64,000 nucleotides of DNA from Mobula hypostoma (Eukaryota). The DNA is taken from NCBI RefSeq assembly GCF_963921235.1, contig NC_086109.1:35714001-35778000 (forward strand), in the 5' to 3' direction. This document shows positions 1-14,407 of the stretch, piece after piece; position 1 is the first letter of the stretch; every line of letters starts with the position of its first letter. Made by a program: the position numbers and the translations under genes. The notes under the pieces are model-generated. The model worked only from the letters and a program-made list of their open reading frames with translations, ran no database searches and was not told the origin of the DNA.

Positions 1-1108
1 TTGCAAGGAAACAGGAAGGCAACAGCAGGCCTCTCATACATGCAGCTGGGCTACCAGCCTGCTGAATTCTTTCCTTCCACTCATTGTAGATACCAGGACA
101 GAAAGTTCTGATTTTCCTCCAAATTTTCTGGCTGGCTTAAGAGGAAAATAAATAACATTTCCACTTACTTTTTCTTTATCTGTGGCCTGTCCCATAGGCC
201 TCTCCAGATTATTCAGCAGGCAAATGTCCAAGGTAGACCATATGCCACGGTTGCTCACTGGAGCAGAGTAGCATGAAGTGAAAGGCAGGGAGTGTTCCTT
301 CTACTTTGATCTCACACTTTACAGAAAAGCATGAAAATCCCAGCACAATGTGAAAGAGGCAGATGCGTAGCAACCCATGAAATTGGTGTGTAGGCCATGA
401 AGACTGACCTTGATGACTTTTGCAATTGCAGTTTGAGTAAAAGTGATGAGTTTTCACTTTATAAAGAAATTTTCTTTCCAGCTAGACATCTCTAAAACCT
501 GGTCGATTTAAGAGTGGGTCATAATATTCTCTCCCCTGAATATTGCTTTTGCTCAAAATGTATTGGACTTTAAACAAAATCCCCAGCTCATCAGTAATGG
601 TACTGTATATTGACTTCAGTATGGTAATGTATTCAAATGGGACACAGAGGATAAAGCTGATTAGTGGAAAGTCAAGTGCAGTGCCTCAGGGGTGTACAGA
701 ATCATTATGTCATTATAGCTAAGTAACGTGTTCATCAATACTAAGAACAAGCACTGAAACCTTTCAGCTTTATTCCATTAACAGAGCCTAGATGCTAACA
801 GGTTTTATGGATTTTTGGTCCAAGGATCATTAAGACTTTCTTTATGTTCAAAGGAAACCATTAAGTCACTTCAGGATTCTTTCCAAAATAGCTTTCTTCA
901 ATTGCTTAAGTATTTGTTTGTGGAAGTCATGGCATATTATTAAATGAATAAGAAGAGAACGAGAACTTACATGAGTATGATACGTTTTAAATGGCAGCAA
1001 TGCTAAATTGTTTTAAGGAGAATGCAGAAATTACGCAGTATTGCACATAAAATGCGGTATTGTAATGGATCAGGTAAAACACAAAAAGTGCTAGAAGATT
1101 TTCCAAAG

Positions 1109-3705
1109 TGATGGAGAGATTGTCTACAGAGTCTCTAAGGGTGGAAGTAAGGAACAGGAAGGTGTCAATAACTCAACTGGGTGTTTTTATAGACCACCCA
1201 ATAGTAACGGACATCAAGGAGCTGATAGGGAGACGGATTCTGGAAAGGTGTAGTAATAACAGGGTTATCATAATGGGAGATTTTAATTTCCCCAAAATTG
1301 ATTATTATCTCCCTAGAGCAAGGGGTTTAGATGGGGTGGAGTTTGTTAGGTGTGTTCAGGAAGGTTTCCTGACACAATATGTTGATAAGCCTACAAGAGG
1401 AGAGGCTGTACCTGATCTGGTATTGGGAAATGAACCTTGTCAGGTGTCAGGTCTCTCAATGGGAGAGCATTTTGGAGATAGTGATCACAATTCTATCTTC
1501 TTTACAATAGCATTGGAGAGGGATAGGAACAGACAAGTTAGGAAAGCATTTAATTGGAGTAAGGGGAAATATGAAGCTATCAGGCAGGAACCTGGAAGCA
1601 TAAATTGGGAACAGATGTTCTCAGGGAAATGTACGACAGAAATGTGGCAAATGTTCAGGAGATATCTGCGTGGCGTTCTGCAGGTACGTTCCAATAAGAC
1701 AGGAAAAGGATGGTAGGGTACAGGAACTATGGCATATAATGGCAGTTGAAAATCTAGTCAAAACAAAACAAAAAGCTTACAAAAGGTTCAAAAAGCAAGA
1801 TAATGATAGAGATATAGAAAATTATAAGGTAGGCAGGAAGCAGCTTAAGGATGAAATTAGGAGAGCCAGAAGGAGTCATGAGAAGGCCTTGGCGAGCAGG
1901 GCTAAGGAAAACCCCAAGGCATTCTACAAGTATATGAAGAGCAAAAGGATAAGACATGAGAGAAAAGGACCAATCAAGTGTGACAGTGGAAAAGTGTGCA
2001 TGGAACCGGAGGAGATAGCAGAGGTACTTAATGAGTACTTTGCTTCAGTATTCACTATGGGAAAGGATCTTGGCAATTGTAGGGATGACTTACAGTGGAC
2101 TGAAAAGCTTGAGCATATAGATATTAAGAAAAAGTATGTGCTGGAGCTTTTGGAAAGCATCGAGTTGGAAAAGTCACTGGGACCAGATGAGATATAATGC
2201 AGGCTACTGTACGAAGCAAGGGAAGAGGTTGCTGAGTCTCTGGCGATGATCTTTGCATCATCAATGGGGACGGGAGTGGTTCCAGAAGATTGGAGGGTTG
2301 AAGATGTTGTTACCTTATCCAAGAAAGCGGGTAGAGATAGCCCAGGAAATTATAGACCAGTGAGTCTTATTTCAGTGGTTGGTAATTTGATGGAGAAGAT
2401 CCTGAGAGAAGGATTTATGAACATTTGAAGAGTCATAATATGATTAGGAATAGTCAGCATGGCTTTGTGAAAGGCAGGTCATACCTTACAAGCCTGATTG
2501 AATTTCTTGAGGATGTAAATAAACACATTGATGAAGGAGAGCAGTAGGTGTAGTGTGTATGGATTTCAGCAAGGCATTTGATAAGGTACCCCATACAAGG
2601 CTTATTGAGAAAGTAAGGAGGCATGGGACCCAAGAAGACCTTGATTTGTGTATCCAGAACTGGCTTGCACACAGAAGACAAAGAGCGGCTGTAGACAGGT
2701 CATATTCTGCATGGAGGTCGGTGACCAGTTGTGTGCCTCAGGGATCTGTTCTGGGACCCCTTCTCTTTGTGATTTTTATAAATGACCTGGATGAGGAAGT
2801 GGAGGACTGGGTTAGTAAATTTGCTGATGACACAAAGGTTGGAGGTGTTGTGGATAGTGTGGAGGGCTGTCAGAGGTTACAGCGGGACATTGATTGGATG
2901 CAAAACTGGCCTAAAAAGTGGCAGATTGAGTTCAACCCAAATAGGTGTAAGGTGGTTCGTTTTGGCAGGTCAAATATGATGGCAAAATATAATATTAGTG
3001 GTAACACTCTTGGCAGTATGGAGGATCAGTGGGATCTTGGGGTCCAAGTCCATAGGACACTCAAAGCTGCTAAGCAGGTTGACTGTGTGGTTAAGAAAGC
3101 ATACGCTGTATTGGCCTTCATCAACCATGGGATTGAGTTCAAGAGCCTAGAGGTAATGTTACAGCTATATAGGACCCTGGTCAGACCCCAATTGGAGTAC
3201 TGTGCTCAGTTCTGCTCACCTCACTATAGGAAGGATGTGGAAACTATAGAAAGTGTGCAGAGGAGATTTACAAGGATGTTGCATGGATTGGGGAGCATGC
3301 CTTACGAGAATAGGTTGAGTGAACTTGGTCTTTTCTCCTTGGAGTGACACAGAAAGAGGTGACCTGATAGAGGTGTATATGATGATAAGAAGCACTGATC
3401 GTGTGGATAGTCAGAGGCTTTTTCCCAGGGCTGAGATGGCTAACACGAGAGGGCACAGTTTTAAGGTGCTTGGAAGTAGGTACAGAGGAGATGTCAGAGG
3501 TAAGTTTTTTACGCAGAGAGTGGTGAGTGTGTGGTGTGGGCTGCTGGCAATGGTTGTGGAGACGGATATAATAGGGTCTTTTACGAGACTCCTGGTTAGG
3601 TACATGGAGCTTAGAAAAATAGAGGGCTATAGGTAACAGAAGGTAATTTCTAAAAAATGTACATGTTCTGCACAACATTGTGGGCCGAAGGGCCTTTATT
3701 CTATC
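1109..3705 (+). mobile_element. CR1 LINE, 5'-truncated, with decayed ORF2 (APE endonuclease + RT)
   Basis: ORF fragments contain [31 protein letters not shown] and FADDTK, with frameshifts and stops. The CR1 3' UTR motif acaacattgtgggccgaagggcct is present. Confidence 0.95.
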
Positions 3706-3714
3706 TCAACAGGT

Positions 3715-5085
3715 CAGAATCAAAATTAGAATCAGGTTTACTTTCACCAGCATGTGTCGTGAAGTTTGTTAATTTAGCAGCAGCAGTTCAATGCAATACA
3801 TAATATAGAAGAAGCAGAAGAAAAAATAAGTAAATCAATTACAGTATATGTATATTGAAAGGATTAAAAATCATGCAAAAGCAGAAATATTATATATTAA
3901 AAAGTGAGGTAGTGTTCATGGGTTTAAGATCAATTTAGGAACTGGATGACAGAGGGGGAGAAGCTGTTCCTGAATCGCTGAGTGTGTGCTTTCAGGCTTC
4001 TGTACCTCCTACCTGATGGCATGCCCTGGGTACTGGAGGTCCTTAATAATGGACACTGCATTTTCGAGACACCACTCCTTGAAGATGTCCTGGATACTTT
4101 GTAGACTTTTACCCAAGATGGAGCTGACTAGATTTACAACCCTCTGCAACTTCTTTTGGTCCTGTGCAGTAGCCGGCCCCCCCTCCCCCACCCATACTAG
4201 ACATTGATGCAGCCTGTCAGAATGCTCTCCATGGTACAAATATAGAAGTTTTTGAGTGTATTTGTTGACATACCAAATCTGTTCAAACTCCTAATGAAGT
4301 ATAGTCGCTGTCTTGCCTTCTTTATAACTGCATCTATATGATAAGACCAGGTTAGGTCCTCAAAGATCTTGTCACCCAGGAACTTGAAACTGTTCACTGT
4401 CTCCACCTCTGATCCCTCTATGAGGATTTGTGTGTGTACCCTTCCTGAAGTCCACATTCAGCTCTTTCATCTTACTGACATTGAATGCAAGGTTGTTGCT
4501 GTGGCACCACTCCGCTGGCTGCCATATCACGCTCCTTTAAGCCCTCTCATCTGCATCTGAGATTCTACCAAAAATGTCTGTATCTTCAGCAAATTTATAT
4601 ATGGTATCTGAGCTATGCCTAGCCATACAGTCATGAGTATAGAGAGAATAGAACAGTGGGCTAAGCACACACCCCTGAGGTGCACCAGTTTTGATCGTCA
4701 GTGAGGAGGACATGTTATCACCAATTTGCACAGATAGTGGGCTTCTGGTTAGGAAGTTGAGGATCCAATTGCAGAGGGAGGTACAGAGGCCCAGGTTCTG
4801 TAACTTCTCAATCAGGATTGTGAGAATGATGGTGTTAAATACTGAGCTATAGTCGATGAACAGCATCCTGATGTAAGTACTTATGTTGTCCAGGTGGTCT
4901 AAGGCTGTGTGAAGAGCCATTGAGATTGCATCTGCTGTTGACCTATTGTGGCAATAGGAAAATTGCAATGGGTCCAGGTTCTTGCTGAGGAAAGAGTTCA
5001 GCCTAGTCATGACCAACCTCTCAAAGCATTTCATCACTGTAGGTGTGAATGCTAAATAGTCATTAATGCAGCTCACATTATTCTT
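3715..5085 (-). mobile_element. Rex1/Babar-type LINE fragment (RT + 3' UTR)
   Basis: Minus-strand ORFs contain [27 protein letters not shown] and FKFLG; a (gattct)-like tail lies near 3715-3735. Confidence 0.85.
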
Positions 5086-5086
5086 C

Positions 5087-5400
5087 TTAGCATCTATAGA
5101 GGGAAATGGACAGTGAACATTTTGGGTCATGACCATTCATCTGGACTCTAAGGAAATGAGGAGGTAGCTGGTGTAAAATGGTGGAAGGGTGAAGCAAGAG
5201 CTGGCAGAAGACAGGTAAGAGAGATTGATAGATGGATGATAACAGGAATGATATCAGAAACTGAGAGGTGATTGGTGAAAGTGACAGGGGACTGAAGGTG
5301 ATGGAATCTATTAGGAGAGAATGGTGGAGCATGGAAAGAGGGAGCAAAGCGTGGAGGGGAACCAATTATGATGAGAGTCCTAGGCAACGATGGTAAGGGC
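5087..5400 (-). mobile_element. Degenerate Penelope-like element 3' fragment
   Basis: Similar to the copies at 30155-30480 and 44310-44820 (purine-rich stretch, decayed hammerhead region). Confidence 0.55.
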
Positions 5401-5774
5401 CAAATTGTCAAGTATCTGAGACTAGAAACGAGACACATTTTCAAGACTGAGACTAGATTTCAAGACTAGATGCTAGTCAAGAACCTGAGGAAACCAGACG
5501 AGAATCCAAATGAGACAGAAATCCTAAATGCAATTGTAGATTGAACCAAAGTTGAGCTGACGATTGAGCACCGAACCTGAGTTCAGGTGCTCCTTAAATA
5601 TTCAAATATTGATACCAAAATATGGCCGCCAATTAGCAGAACGGGCCAAAGCTTTTAAAAGGACCACACCAGGAATCCATAGTCCGGAGAACCAGAACAT
5701 CTAAACTCCGGAGGCTGGTGTAGTTGGGTGTGTACCGCAACACAAGCAGGAAGAATCTGTGAATGTTAGGCAGT

Positions 5775-6770
5775 TGGAAAAGGCCTTTGCTGCACATTCT
5801 GCTTACACGTGACTGCATAGCCAAATATGTCAACAATTGCAATGGCAAGTTCACTGTTGACAGGACAGTGGTGGGGCTCATCACCAACAACGATGAGGCA
5901 GCCTACAGAGAGGAGCTGAAAGAGCTCAACGCCAAGTGTCAGACAGTAACCTCTTCCTTAATGTCAACAAGATAAAGGAGATGGTTATTGACTTCAGGAG
6001 AACTCGCATGGCTCACACTCCTCTTTACAGTGGTGGCACAGCAGTGAAAACTGCAAGCAGTTTCAAACACGCGTGTGCCCATCACACACAGCCTCTCATT
6101 GTGCCACAACACATTCTACATAATCAAAGAGACTCACCAATGCCTCTACTTCTGAGGAGACTGAAGACAGCTGGACTTTGTACATCAATGCTCACATCAT
6201 TCTACAGATGTGCAGCAGAGAGCATTCTCGCAAGCTGCGTCATTTCCGGTACAGAAACTGCACTGCGGCAGACAGATAGGCTCTACAATGGGTAGTCAAA
6301 ACAGCCCAATGCATCATTGGCACCATCCCACTAACAATCAAATACATAAAGTTTCCGGAAAAGGGCCAGTAACATCATGAAGGATCCCAGCCACCCTGCC
6401 TATGGACTGTTTGTCCTACTCCCACCAGGGAGGAGGTTATATAGCATCCATGCCAGGATTAACAGACTCAAAAACAATTATTTTTCCCAAGCAGTAAGGC
6501 TCCACGCACAAACCCCACCACTACTTTATTACTTCCATCAGTCACGTTATGTACAGTATAGTGTCACTTTATGGATGTATAGTCAATCTATGTTTATAAG
6601 CTACCTTATGTTTTTATATATTTATATTGTTGTATGATTATTATTATTATTATTGTGTTCTTTATCTTTTGTGGTTTTTTTGTGCTACATTGGATCTGGA
6701 GTAACAATTATTTTGTTAACCTTGCACTTGCGTACAGAAATGACATTAAACAATCTTCAATCTTCAATCA
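5775..6770 (+). mobile_element. Rex1/Babar-type LINE 3' fragment
   Basis: Motifs VVGLITNNDEAAYREE, KEMVIDFRR, FYRCAAESIL and DPSHP; tail aatcttcaatcttcaatc. Confidence 0.85.
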
Positions 6771-6925
6771 CCTGCCAGTTTACACATCTTCCCCTTCCCA
6801 TACCTTATTCTGGCTTCTGTCCCTTGCTTTCCAATTCTGATGAAGAGACTCAGCCTAAAATATTGATTATTTTTTCCCTTCTACAGATGCTGTCTAACTG
6901 GCTGAGTTCCTCCAGAATTTTGTGG
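6770..6925 (+). mobile_element. Degenerate Penelope-like 3' end
   Basis: ctgatgaagagactcagcctaaaa ... gctgagttcctccagaattttgtg matches the other copies in the window. Confidence 0.6.
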
Positions 6926-7059
6926 GCATTGATCCGTCTGTGTTCATTTGCAATTTAGATAACAGTTGCCTTTTGATTTGGATTTATGTGGAACATTATC
7001 AAATGACATTTTTAAATCCAAATACATCTGGAGGTTTCCATTCATCAGTTATGCTTGTT

Positions 7060-7760
7060 GCAACCTCAAAGAACTCTTGCAAATTTATAGACCTTATTTA
7101 CCTTTCATAAAACCATGCTGACTTAATTACATGAAATCTTTCTAAATTACTAGCTATTTCTTCCTTGATAATAAATATATAGATTATAGCTTCCTAATTT
7201 TTGTCTCCCTTGCTTTTTGCAAAAGGGAGTTAGATTTCCAATCGATCGGAACCCTTGCAGAACTCCATGAGTCCTAAACAACTTCAGCCACTGGCTCCAC
7301 CATGTCTGAAACCACTTCCTATAAAGCTGTTGGGTGCAAGCCATCAAGTTCTAGCCTCTTGTCTGTCTTCAGGTGTATTAGTGTATCTAATAGCTTGTCT
7401 CTCATGATAGAGATTGCTGCAAATTCTTCTGTGCTATTTGAAACTGGACTATATTTCATCTTTAAGATACTTGGATTTTCCCGCACTTTGAACAAGTAAT
7501 GTTTTAACTTGTCTGCCATTTTCCTTTTCTTTCTTATAAATGTCCCCATATAACCCTCCAGCTACCTCATTTCTTTTTAAATATCTGTAGAAACTCTTGC
7601 TGTTTGTTTTCATGTTACTTGTTTCTTTTTTTTTCAAAATCAATTTCTGCTCTCCCTCCACCTTTAGATCTGGCTATATTATAAGCTTCGGGTTTTGATT
7701 TTAATGTTCTTTGATCATTCTTGCTAACTATAGAATGTTCATCTTTCTCATAAATTGGGA
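7060..7760 (-). mobile_element. Old CR1 LINE fragment
   Basis: Minus-strand translation gives KTNSKSFYRYLK and LKTDK...DGLHP, resembling CR1 ORF2 upstream of the RT domain. Confidence 0.65.
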
Positions 7761-8536
7761 TATACGTGTCACTTGTTGACCTTTTTGGCCAATGGTCAAA
7801 GCAGTTGGCAGTATCTGGCTGCAGGTATCAATATAATTAAAGTTTACAGGCTGCACATATCATCCACGCTTCCAGAATAAATAATCTATGAAGTTCTAAC
7901 ATTATTTTCTGACTCCCAGATGAGTAGGAAAAGTCTGGCAATAATTAATTTGAATTTTATTCTTTGAAATATGTTTTAAAACCACATCCTTTGAACTCAG
8001 ATGCAAACCAACACCCATTTTATGCTGTTATTTTGGAAAACTAAATGACAATCTGATGCAATGGTGTAAATGGTGTTGCAGTCAATGCTCGTTTACCTAT
8101 ACATTATTAAAGCTTTCAGAGTCAGCTTTATTACCACTGTCTTATATGATGTGAAATTTGTTGTTTTGTTGCTGTAGGACAGTGCAAATACATACAGTTA
8201 GTAAAAATTACAAGCTAAATAGCTCAGAAATAAAAGGAATAATGAGGAATGTTCATAGAACCTGAAATGAAATAAGAACTGTTTTCACACAACCCCAACA
8301 ACACCAGGACATGCTGCTGATTGTGATTATGCTTTGCTTTCAAGACAGGATCCCAGGTCGATATGTACACAACTATGAACAGAGTTGCTCTCACCAGCAT
8401 GAAAACTGTGATCACAATTGCATGTTAGCAGAGAAAACCAAATATTTTTAGTTTCAAAGTGAAATGTACTGAGCAGGCTGATAATTTATAACATTTGAGT
8501 CATGCCAGTTGCTCTGCAGCTGAAGTCGTTGCATGT

Positions 8537-11500
8537 TTCGACTCATAAGGGAGAATGAGGCAGTCATAGATGAGAGGTACAGGGAGGTAGTCACACCTAG
8601 GCTGTCGGAAGCAGGTCATTGGGTGACCGTCAGAGGGGGTAAAGCGAAGATGAGCAGACAGGTAGTGCAGAGCACCCCTGTAGCCATTCCCCTGAATAAT
8701 AAGTTTACCGTCCTGGATACTGTTGGCGAGGACGACCGACCAGGTGTGAGCCACGGTGGCAGGGACTCCGGCACTGAGTCTGACCCAGTGGTGCAGAAGG
8801 GTGGGACGGAGAAGAGGAGAGCTGTCGTCATTGGAGACTCTATAATCGGGGAGCAGACAGGAGATTTTGTGGACTTGAGAAGGGCACCCGCATGGTTTGT
8901 TGCCTCCCGGATGCCAGGGTCCGGGATGTTTCTGATCGGGTGCACAACATCCTGGTATGAGAGGGAAAACAACCAGAAGTCATGATACATGTGGGGACCA
9001 ATGACATAGGCAGGAAGAGGAATGAGGTCCTGAAGTGTGAGTTTCGGGAACTAGGCAGAAGGCTGAAGAACAGGACCTCAAGGGTGGCGTTCTCAGGATT
9101 GCTGCCAGTGCTACGTGACAGTGATGGTAAGAATTGGAGGAGATGGTAGTTGAATGCGTGGCTGAGGAGCTGGTGCAGGGGGCAGGGTTTTAGATTTTTG
9201 GATCATTGGGATCTCTTCTGGGGAAGGTGGGACCTGCACAGATTGGATGGGTTGCATCTGAACTCGAGGGGGAGCAATATCCTTGCAGGTAGGTTTGCTA
9301 GCATGGTTCGGGAGGGTTTAAACTAATTTCCAAGGGGGATGGGACCCAGAGCGATAAAGCAGTGAAAGAAATGCATGGAGTAAAGCCAGATCTAGCATAT
9401 AGAGAGGCTTTGAGGAAAGAGAAGCAGAATAAATGGTGTAAAGACAGTAAGGTAGAAGGGCTGAAGTGTGTGTACCTCAATGCAAGAAGCATCAGGAACA
9501 AAGGTGATAAACTGAGAGCTTGGATACGTACATGGGAATTATGATGTAGTGGCCATTACAGAGACTTGGCTGGCACCAGGGCAGGAATGGATTCTCAATA
9601 TTCCTGGATTTCAGTGCTTTAAAAGGGATAGAGAGGGTGGAAAAGGGGAGGAGGGGAGGCATTACTGGTCAGGGATACAATTACAGCTACATAAAGGGTG
9701 GGTAATGTAGCAGGATCTTCTTTTGAGTCAGTATGGGTGGAAGTCAGGAACAGGAAGGGAGTAGTTACTCTACTGGGAGTATTCTATAGGCCCTCTGGTA
9801 GCTGCAGAGATACAGAGGAGCAGATTGGGAGGCAGATTTTGGAAAGGTGCAAAAATAACAGGGTTGTTATCATGGGTGACTTCAACTTCTCTAATTTGAT
9901 TGGCACCTGATTAGTTCCAAGGGTTTAGATGGGGCAGAGTTTGTTAAGTGTGTCCAGGACGGATTCCTGTCACAGTATGTGGACAGGCCGACCAGGAGGA
10001 ATGCCATACTAGATTTAGTACTAGGTAATGAACCAGGTCAGGTCACAGATCTCTCAATGGGTGAGCATCTGGGGGACAGTGACCACCGCACCCTGGCCTT
10101 TAGCATTATCATGGAAAAGGATAGAATCAGAGAGGACAGGAAAATTTTTAATTGGGGAAGGGCAAATAATGAGACTATAAGGCTAGAACTTGCAGGTGTG
10201 AATTGGGATGATGTTTTTGCAGGGAAGTGTACTATGGACATGTGGTCGATGTTTAGAGATCTGTTGCAGGATGTTAGGGATAAATTTGTCCTGGTGAGGA
10301 AGATAAAGAATGTAGGGTGAAGGAACCATGGGTGACAAGCGAGGTGGAAAATCTAGTCAGGTGGAAGAAGGCAGCATACATGAGGTTTAGGGAGCAAGGA
10401 TCAGATGGGTCTATTGAGGAATATAGGGAAGCAAGAAAGGAGCTTAAAAAGGGGCTGAGAAGAGCAAGAAGGAGGCATGAGAAGGCCTTGGCGAGTAGGG
10501 TAAAAGAAAACCCCAAGGCATTCTTCAATTATGTGAAGAAAAAAAAGGATAACAGGAGTGAAGGTAGGACCGATTAGAGATAAAGGTGGGAAGATGTGCC
10601 TGGAGACTGTGGAAGTGAGCAAGGTCCTTAATGAATACTTCTCTTTGGTATTCACCAATGAGAGGGAACTTGATGATGGTGAGGACAATATGAGTGAGGT
10701 TGATGTTCTGGAGCATGTTGATATTAAGGGAGAGGAGGTGTTGAAGTTGTTAAAATACATTAGGACGGATAAGTCCTCGGGGCCTGACGGAATATTCCGC
10801 AGGCTGCTCCACGAGGCGAGGGAAGAGATTGCTGAGCCTCTGGCTAGGATCTTTATGTCCTCGTTGTCCACAGGAATGGTACCGGAGGATTGGAGGGAGA
10901 CAAATGTTGTCCCCTTTTCAAAAAAGTTAGTATGGATAGTCTGGGTAATTATAGACCAGTGAGCCTTATGTCTGTGGTGGGAAAGCTGTTGGAAAAGATT
11001 CTTAGAGATAGGATCTATGGGCATTTAGAGAATCATGGTCTGATCAGGGACAGGCAGCTTGGCTTTGTGAAGGGCAGATTGTGTCTAACAAGCCTGAGAG
11101 GGTTCTTTGAGGAGGTGACCAGGCATATAGATGAGGGTAGTGCAGTGGATGTGATCTACATGGATTTTAATAAGGCATTTGACAAGGTTCCACATGGTAG
11201 GCTTATTCAGAAAGTCAGAAGGCATGGGATCTGGAGAAATTTGGCCAGGTGGATTCAGAATTGGCTTGCCTGCAGAAGACAGAGGGTCCTGATGGAGGGA
11301 GTACATTCAGATTGGAGGATTGTGACTAGCGGTGTCCCACAAGGATCTGTTCTGGGACCTCTACTTTTTGTGAGTTTTATTAACGACCTGGATGTGGGGT
11401 AGAAGGGTGGGTTGGTAAGTTTGCAGACAACACAAAGGTTGGTGGTGTTGTAGATAGTGTAGAGGATTGTCGAAGATTGCAGAGAGGCACTGATAGGATG

Positions 11501-12321
11501 CAGAAGTGGGCTGAGAAGTGGCAGAAGGAGTTCAACCCGGAGAAGTGTGAGGTGGTATACTTTGGAAGGACAAACTCCAAGGCAGAGTACAAAGTAAATG
11601 ACAGGATACTTGGTAGCGTGGAGGGGCAGAGGGATCTCGAGGTACATGTCCACAGATCCCTGAAAGTTGCTTCACAGGTGGATAGGGTAGTTAAGAAAGC
11701 TTATGGGGTGTTAGCTTTCATAAGTCGAGGGATAGAGTTTAAGAGTCACGATGTAATGATGCAGCTCTAAAAAACTCTGGTTAGGCCACACTTGGCGTAC
11801 TGTGTCCAGTTCTGGTCATCTCACTATAGGAAGGATGTGGAAGCATTGGAAAGGGTACAGAGGAGATTTACCAGAATGCTGCCTGGTTTAGAGAGTATGC
11901 ATTATGATCAGAGATTAAGGGAGCTAGGGTTTTACTCTTTGGAGAGAAGGAGGATGAGAGGAGACATGATAGAAGTGTACAAGATAATAAGAGGAATAGA
12001 TAGAGTGGATAGGCAGCGCCTCTTCCCCAGGGCACCACTGCTCAGTACAAAAGGACATGGCTTTGAGGTAAGGAGTGGGAAGCTCAAGGAAGATATTAGA
12101 GGAAGGTTTTTTACTCAGAGAGTGGTTGGTGCATGGAATGCACTGCCTGAGTCAGTGGTGGTGGCAGATACACTAGTGAAGTTTAAGAGACTACTAGACA
12201 GGTATATGGAGGAATTTAAGGTGGGGGCTTATATGGGAGGCAGCGTTTGAGGGTCGGCACAACATTGTGAGCCGAAGGGCCTGTACTGTGCTGTACTATT
12301 CTATGTTCTATGTTCTATGTT
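8537..12321 (+). mobile_element. Near-full-length CR1 LINE: partial ORF1 (SGNH esterase), ORF2 (APE + RT) and 3' tail
   Basis: ORF1 motifs VIGDS, HVGTND and DGLHL. ORF2 motifs [29 protein letters not shown] and FADNTK. Tail (ttctatg)n at about 12299-12320. Several frameshifts and stops. Confidence 0.96.
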
Positions 12322-14407
12322 TTCTTGAGGTGTTCTCCCATTGTCAGAATTCAAAGGCCGACCAAATCACTGACCGCACACACTGTGTGGTACAAAATCT
12401 GTGCACCATCCGTTCAGAACCTGGCGTGAACAGTAACTCAGCTTGCTAGGGACATACTGATATTTCAGAAAGCAATATTAAATGTTTAGTTTTAAAGCAA
12501 AGCTCCCAATATTTTAGATAGGTCCCTATAAAAATTGAGTGACAGACACTAAACTCATTTCAACTACTTTTATACTGTATGAAATAAGGAGCATTATTGC
12601 ACCAGAAGAATAAAGATCATTTTGCTTTATTTCAACAGTAGGTTCAAACCAGTAGCTTGACAATAAAAATACTACCTTTTCCTTTTGACTTCAGTTTGGG
12701 CATCTTCTGCTTTTAGGTCTCATCTCATTCTGTCTATCCCGCAGAGCCGTCTCTGCATTTAAATCAGTCATACTGAATGAGATGGAGCAGAAGAGTTGCT
12801 ATTTAAATATCACAGTACTGGTAGAGTGGAACAGCTTGCTGTCTGTTTGCTCTTTCACCATGCCTTGCTTTAAATCTGTTTCAGTTCATTAGCAGCTAAC
12901 AAGTACAAGGTGTATGGCTTGAATTTACATTGCAAATGAAATTCCATTCAAAAGTTAGATACTGGACCTTGGTATTATTGCTCGAGGCATGTGTGTGTTT
13001 TGGTAATTTTAACAATTCCCTTTACAATCTATATATGATAACAAAATATTTTTGAAACCACATTTGTTTTATGCGTGTCCCAATGCTGAATACAAACACT
13101 TACCTTTTCTACATGAATAGCATTTGGTCAACTCACTAACAATCATTCTGGTCTTCAACTTTCAGGATCTTTCCTGTGACAGATTACATTCAGAACCTTG
13201 ACTTCTGCCCCCTTTCTGCAAATTTAAAAATGTTTTAATAATAGGATGCTTCCACTGAGGGAGTTAACTTCACAAGCATAAGTAACAAGTAGTTTAACAC
13301 TGTGTAGTGTCAGGAAAGGCTTGCTAAAACAACAAGGTGTGCTGCTTCATGCATGTTTCACTTGTCTCTTCTGCAATTTTTGTTTCACAGCAGAACCCAG
13401 CTTCAAGATATTTTGTGTAGAATGCTTTCTACATTTTGAGGAGCTATGGTAGACACTGCAGAGAGGCCAGGCTTGATGGAGACAGGTGGAAGGGCAGACC
13501 TTCAAACAACTGTATGGTGTGAGAGGAGAATTTCAATGCTAAAGGAAGCATTCTATACCCCATTCACACATACTCTGGAAAATAGTTATTGTTTGACCAA
13601 TGATTTATATCTGCTTCATCAAGTGAGCTTTTCATTAGAATTCTGCAGGAAAATGTGCCACTTTCTTGTTACTTAAAACAACTGCAGCAGAACCGTTGAA
13701 ATGCACATCCAACATTTTCTCAAACCCCATCATCATGGAGCTCATGCCACTCTCCAGCTTTCTCTTAAAGAAGAGCAATGCAGACCAAAATACACTCCTT
13801 GAACATGTCTGAGACTGTCATTAGAGTAAAGAAAGTACAGCAGCCCCTGCTTCTTTAGACATTGGATTGTAGTAGTTGTCCAGGTATTCTGATGGCTGTA
13901 GGAATCTAACCAAAGTTCTGCAGTTGATGAGGAGAATCAAGGTTTTGCTTTGAGTGATGATAAGCATGAACCCAAGGAATAGTGATAATAAAATTTTAAA
14001 CAAAACTTGTCTCTGCTTTGAACTAATCAATATACCCTCCTTAACCAACTGTGGCAGGCCCCTGAAGGAGTATCACAGAGTCTTTTTCTGCCCTAGGCAG
14101 TACCATCATTTTCACATTTACAAATTATCCTCAGCTGAAATATGATCAGGGACAGGAGGGAGCACCAGCAGCAGGTGGAAGTTTCACTTGAGAAACACCA
14201 ATTAGAAAGCAAAGGCCAGTTACAGGGACACCAAATTATACAGAGAAGTGAATGATAGGAATTCAGAAATATGGAATTACAGAAAGAATAGAGGAAGATG
14301 AGACAAATTTTGTTTAAAATTTTCACTGTTCCTTGATACATGTGACAATCATAAGCCATACCAATACGAATACCCTAATTTGATATATCCATGTTGACCT
14401 TACGAAC

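Noticed and set aside
5406..5698. Possible further solo LTR (tgtca...gaaca)
   Set aside because: No matching TSD and no clear homology to the other LTRs, so it is left unassigned.
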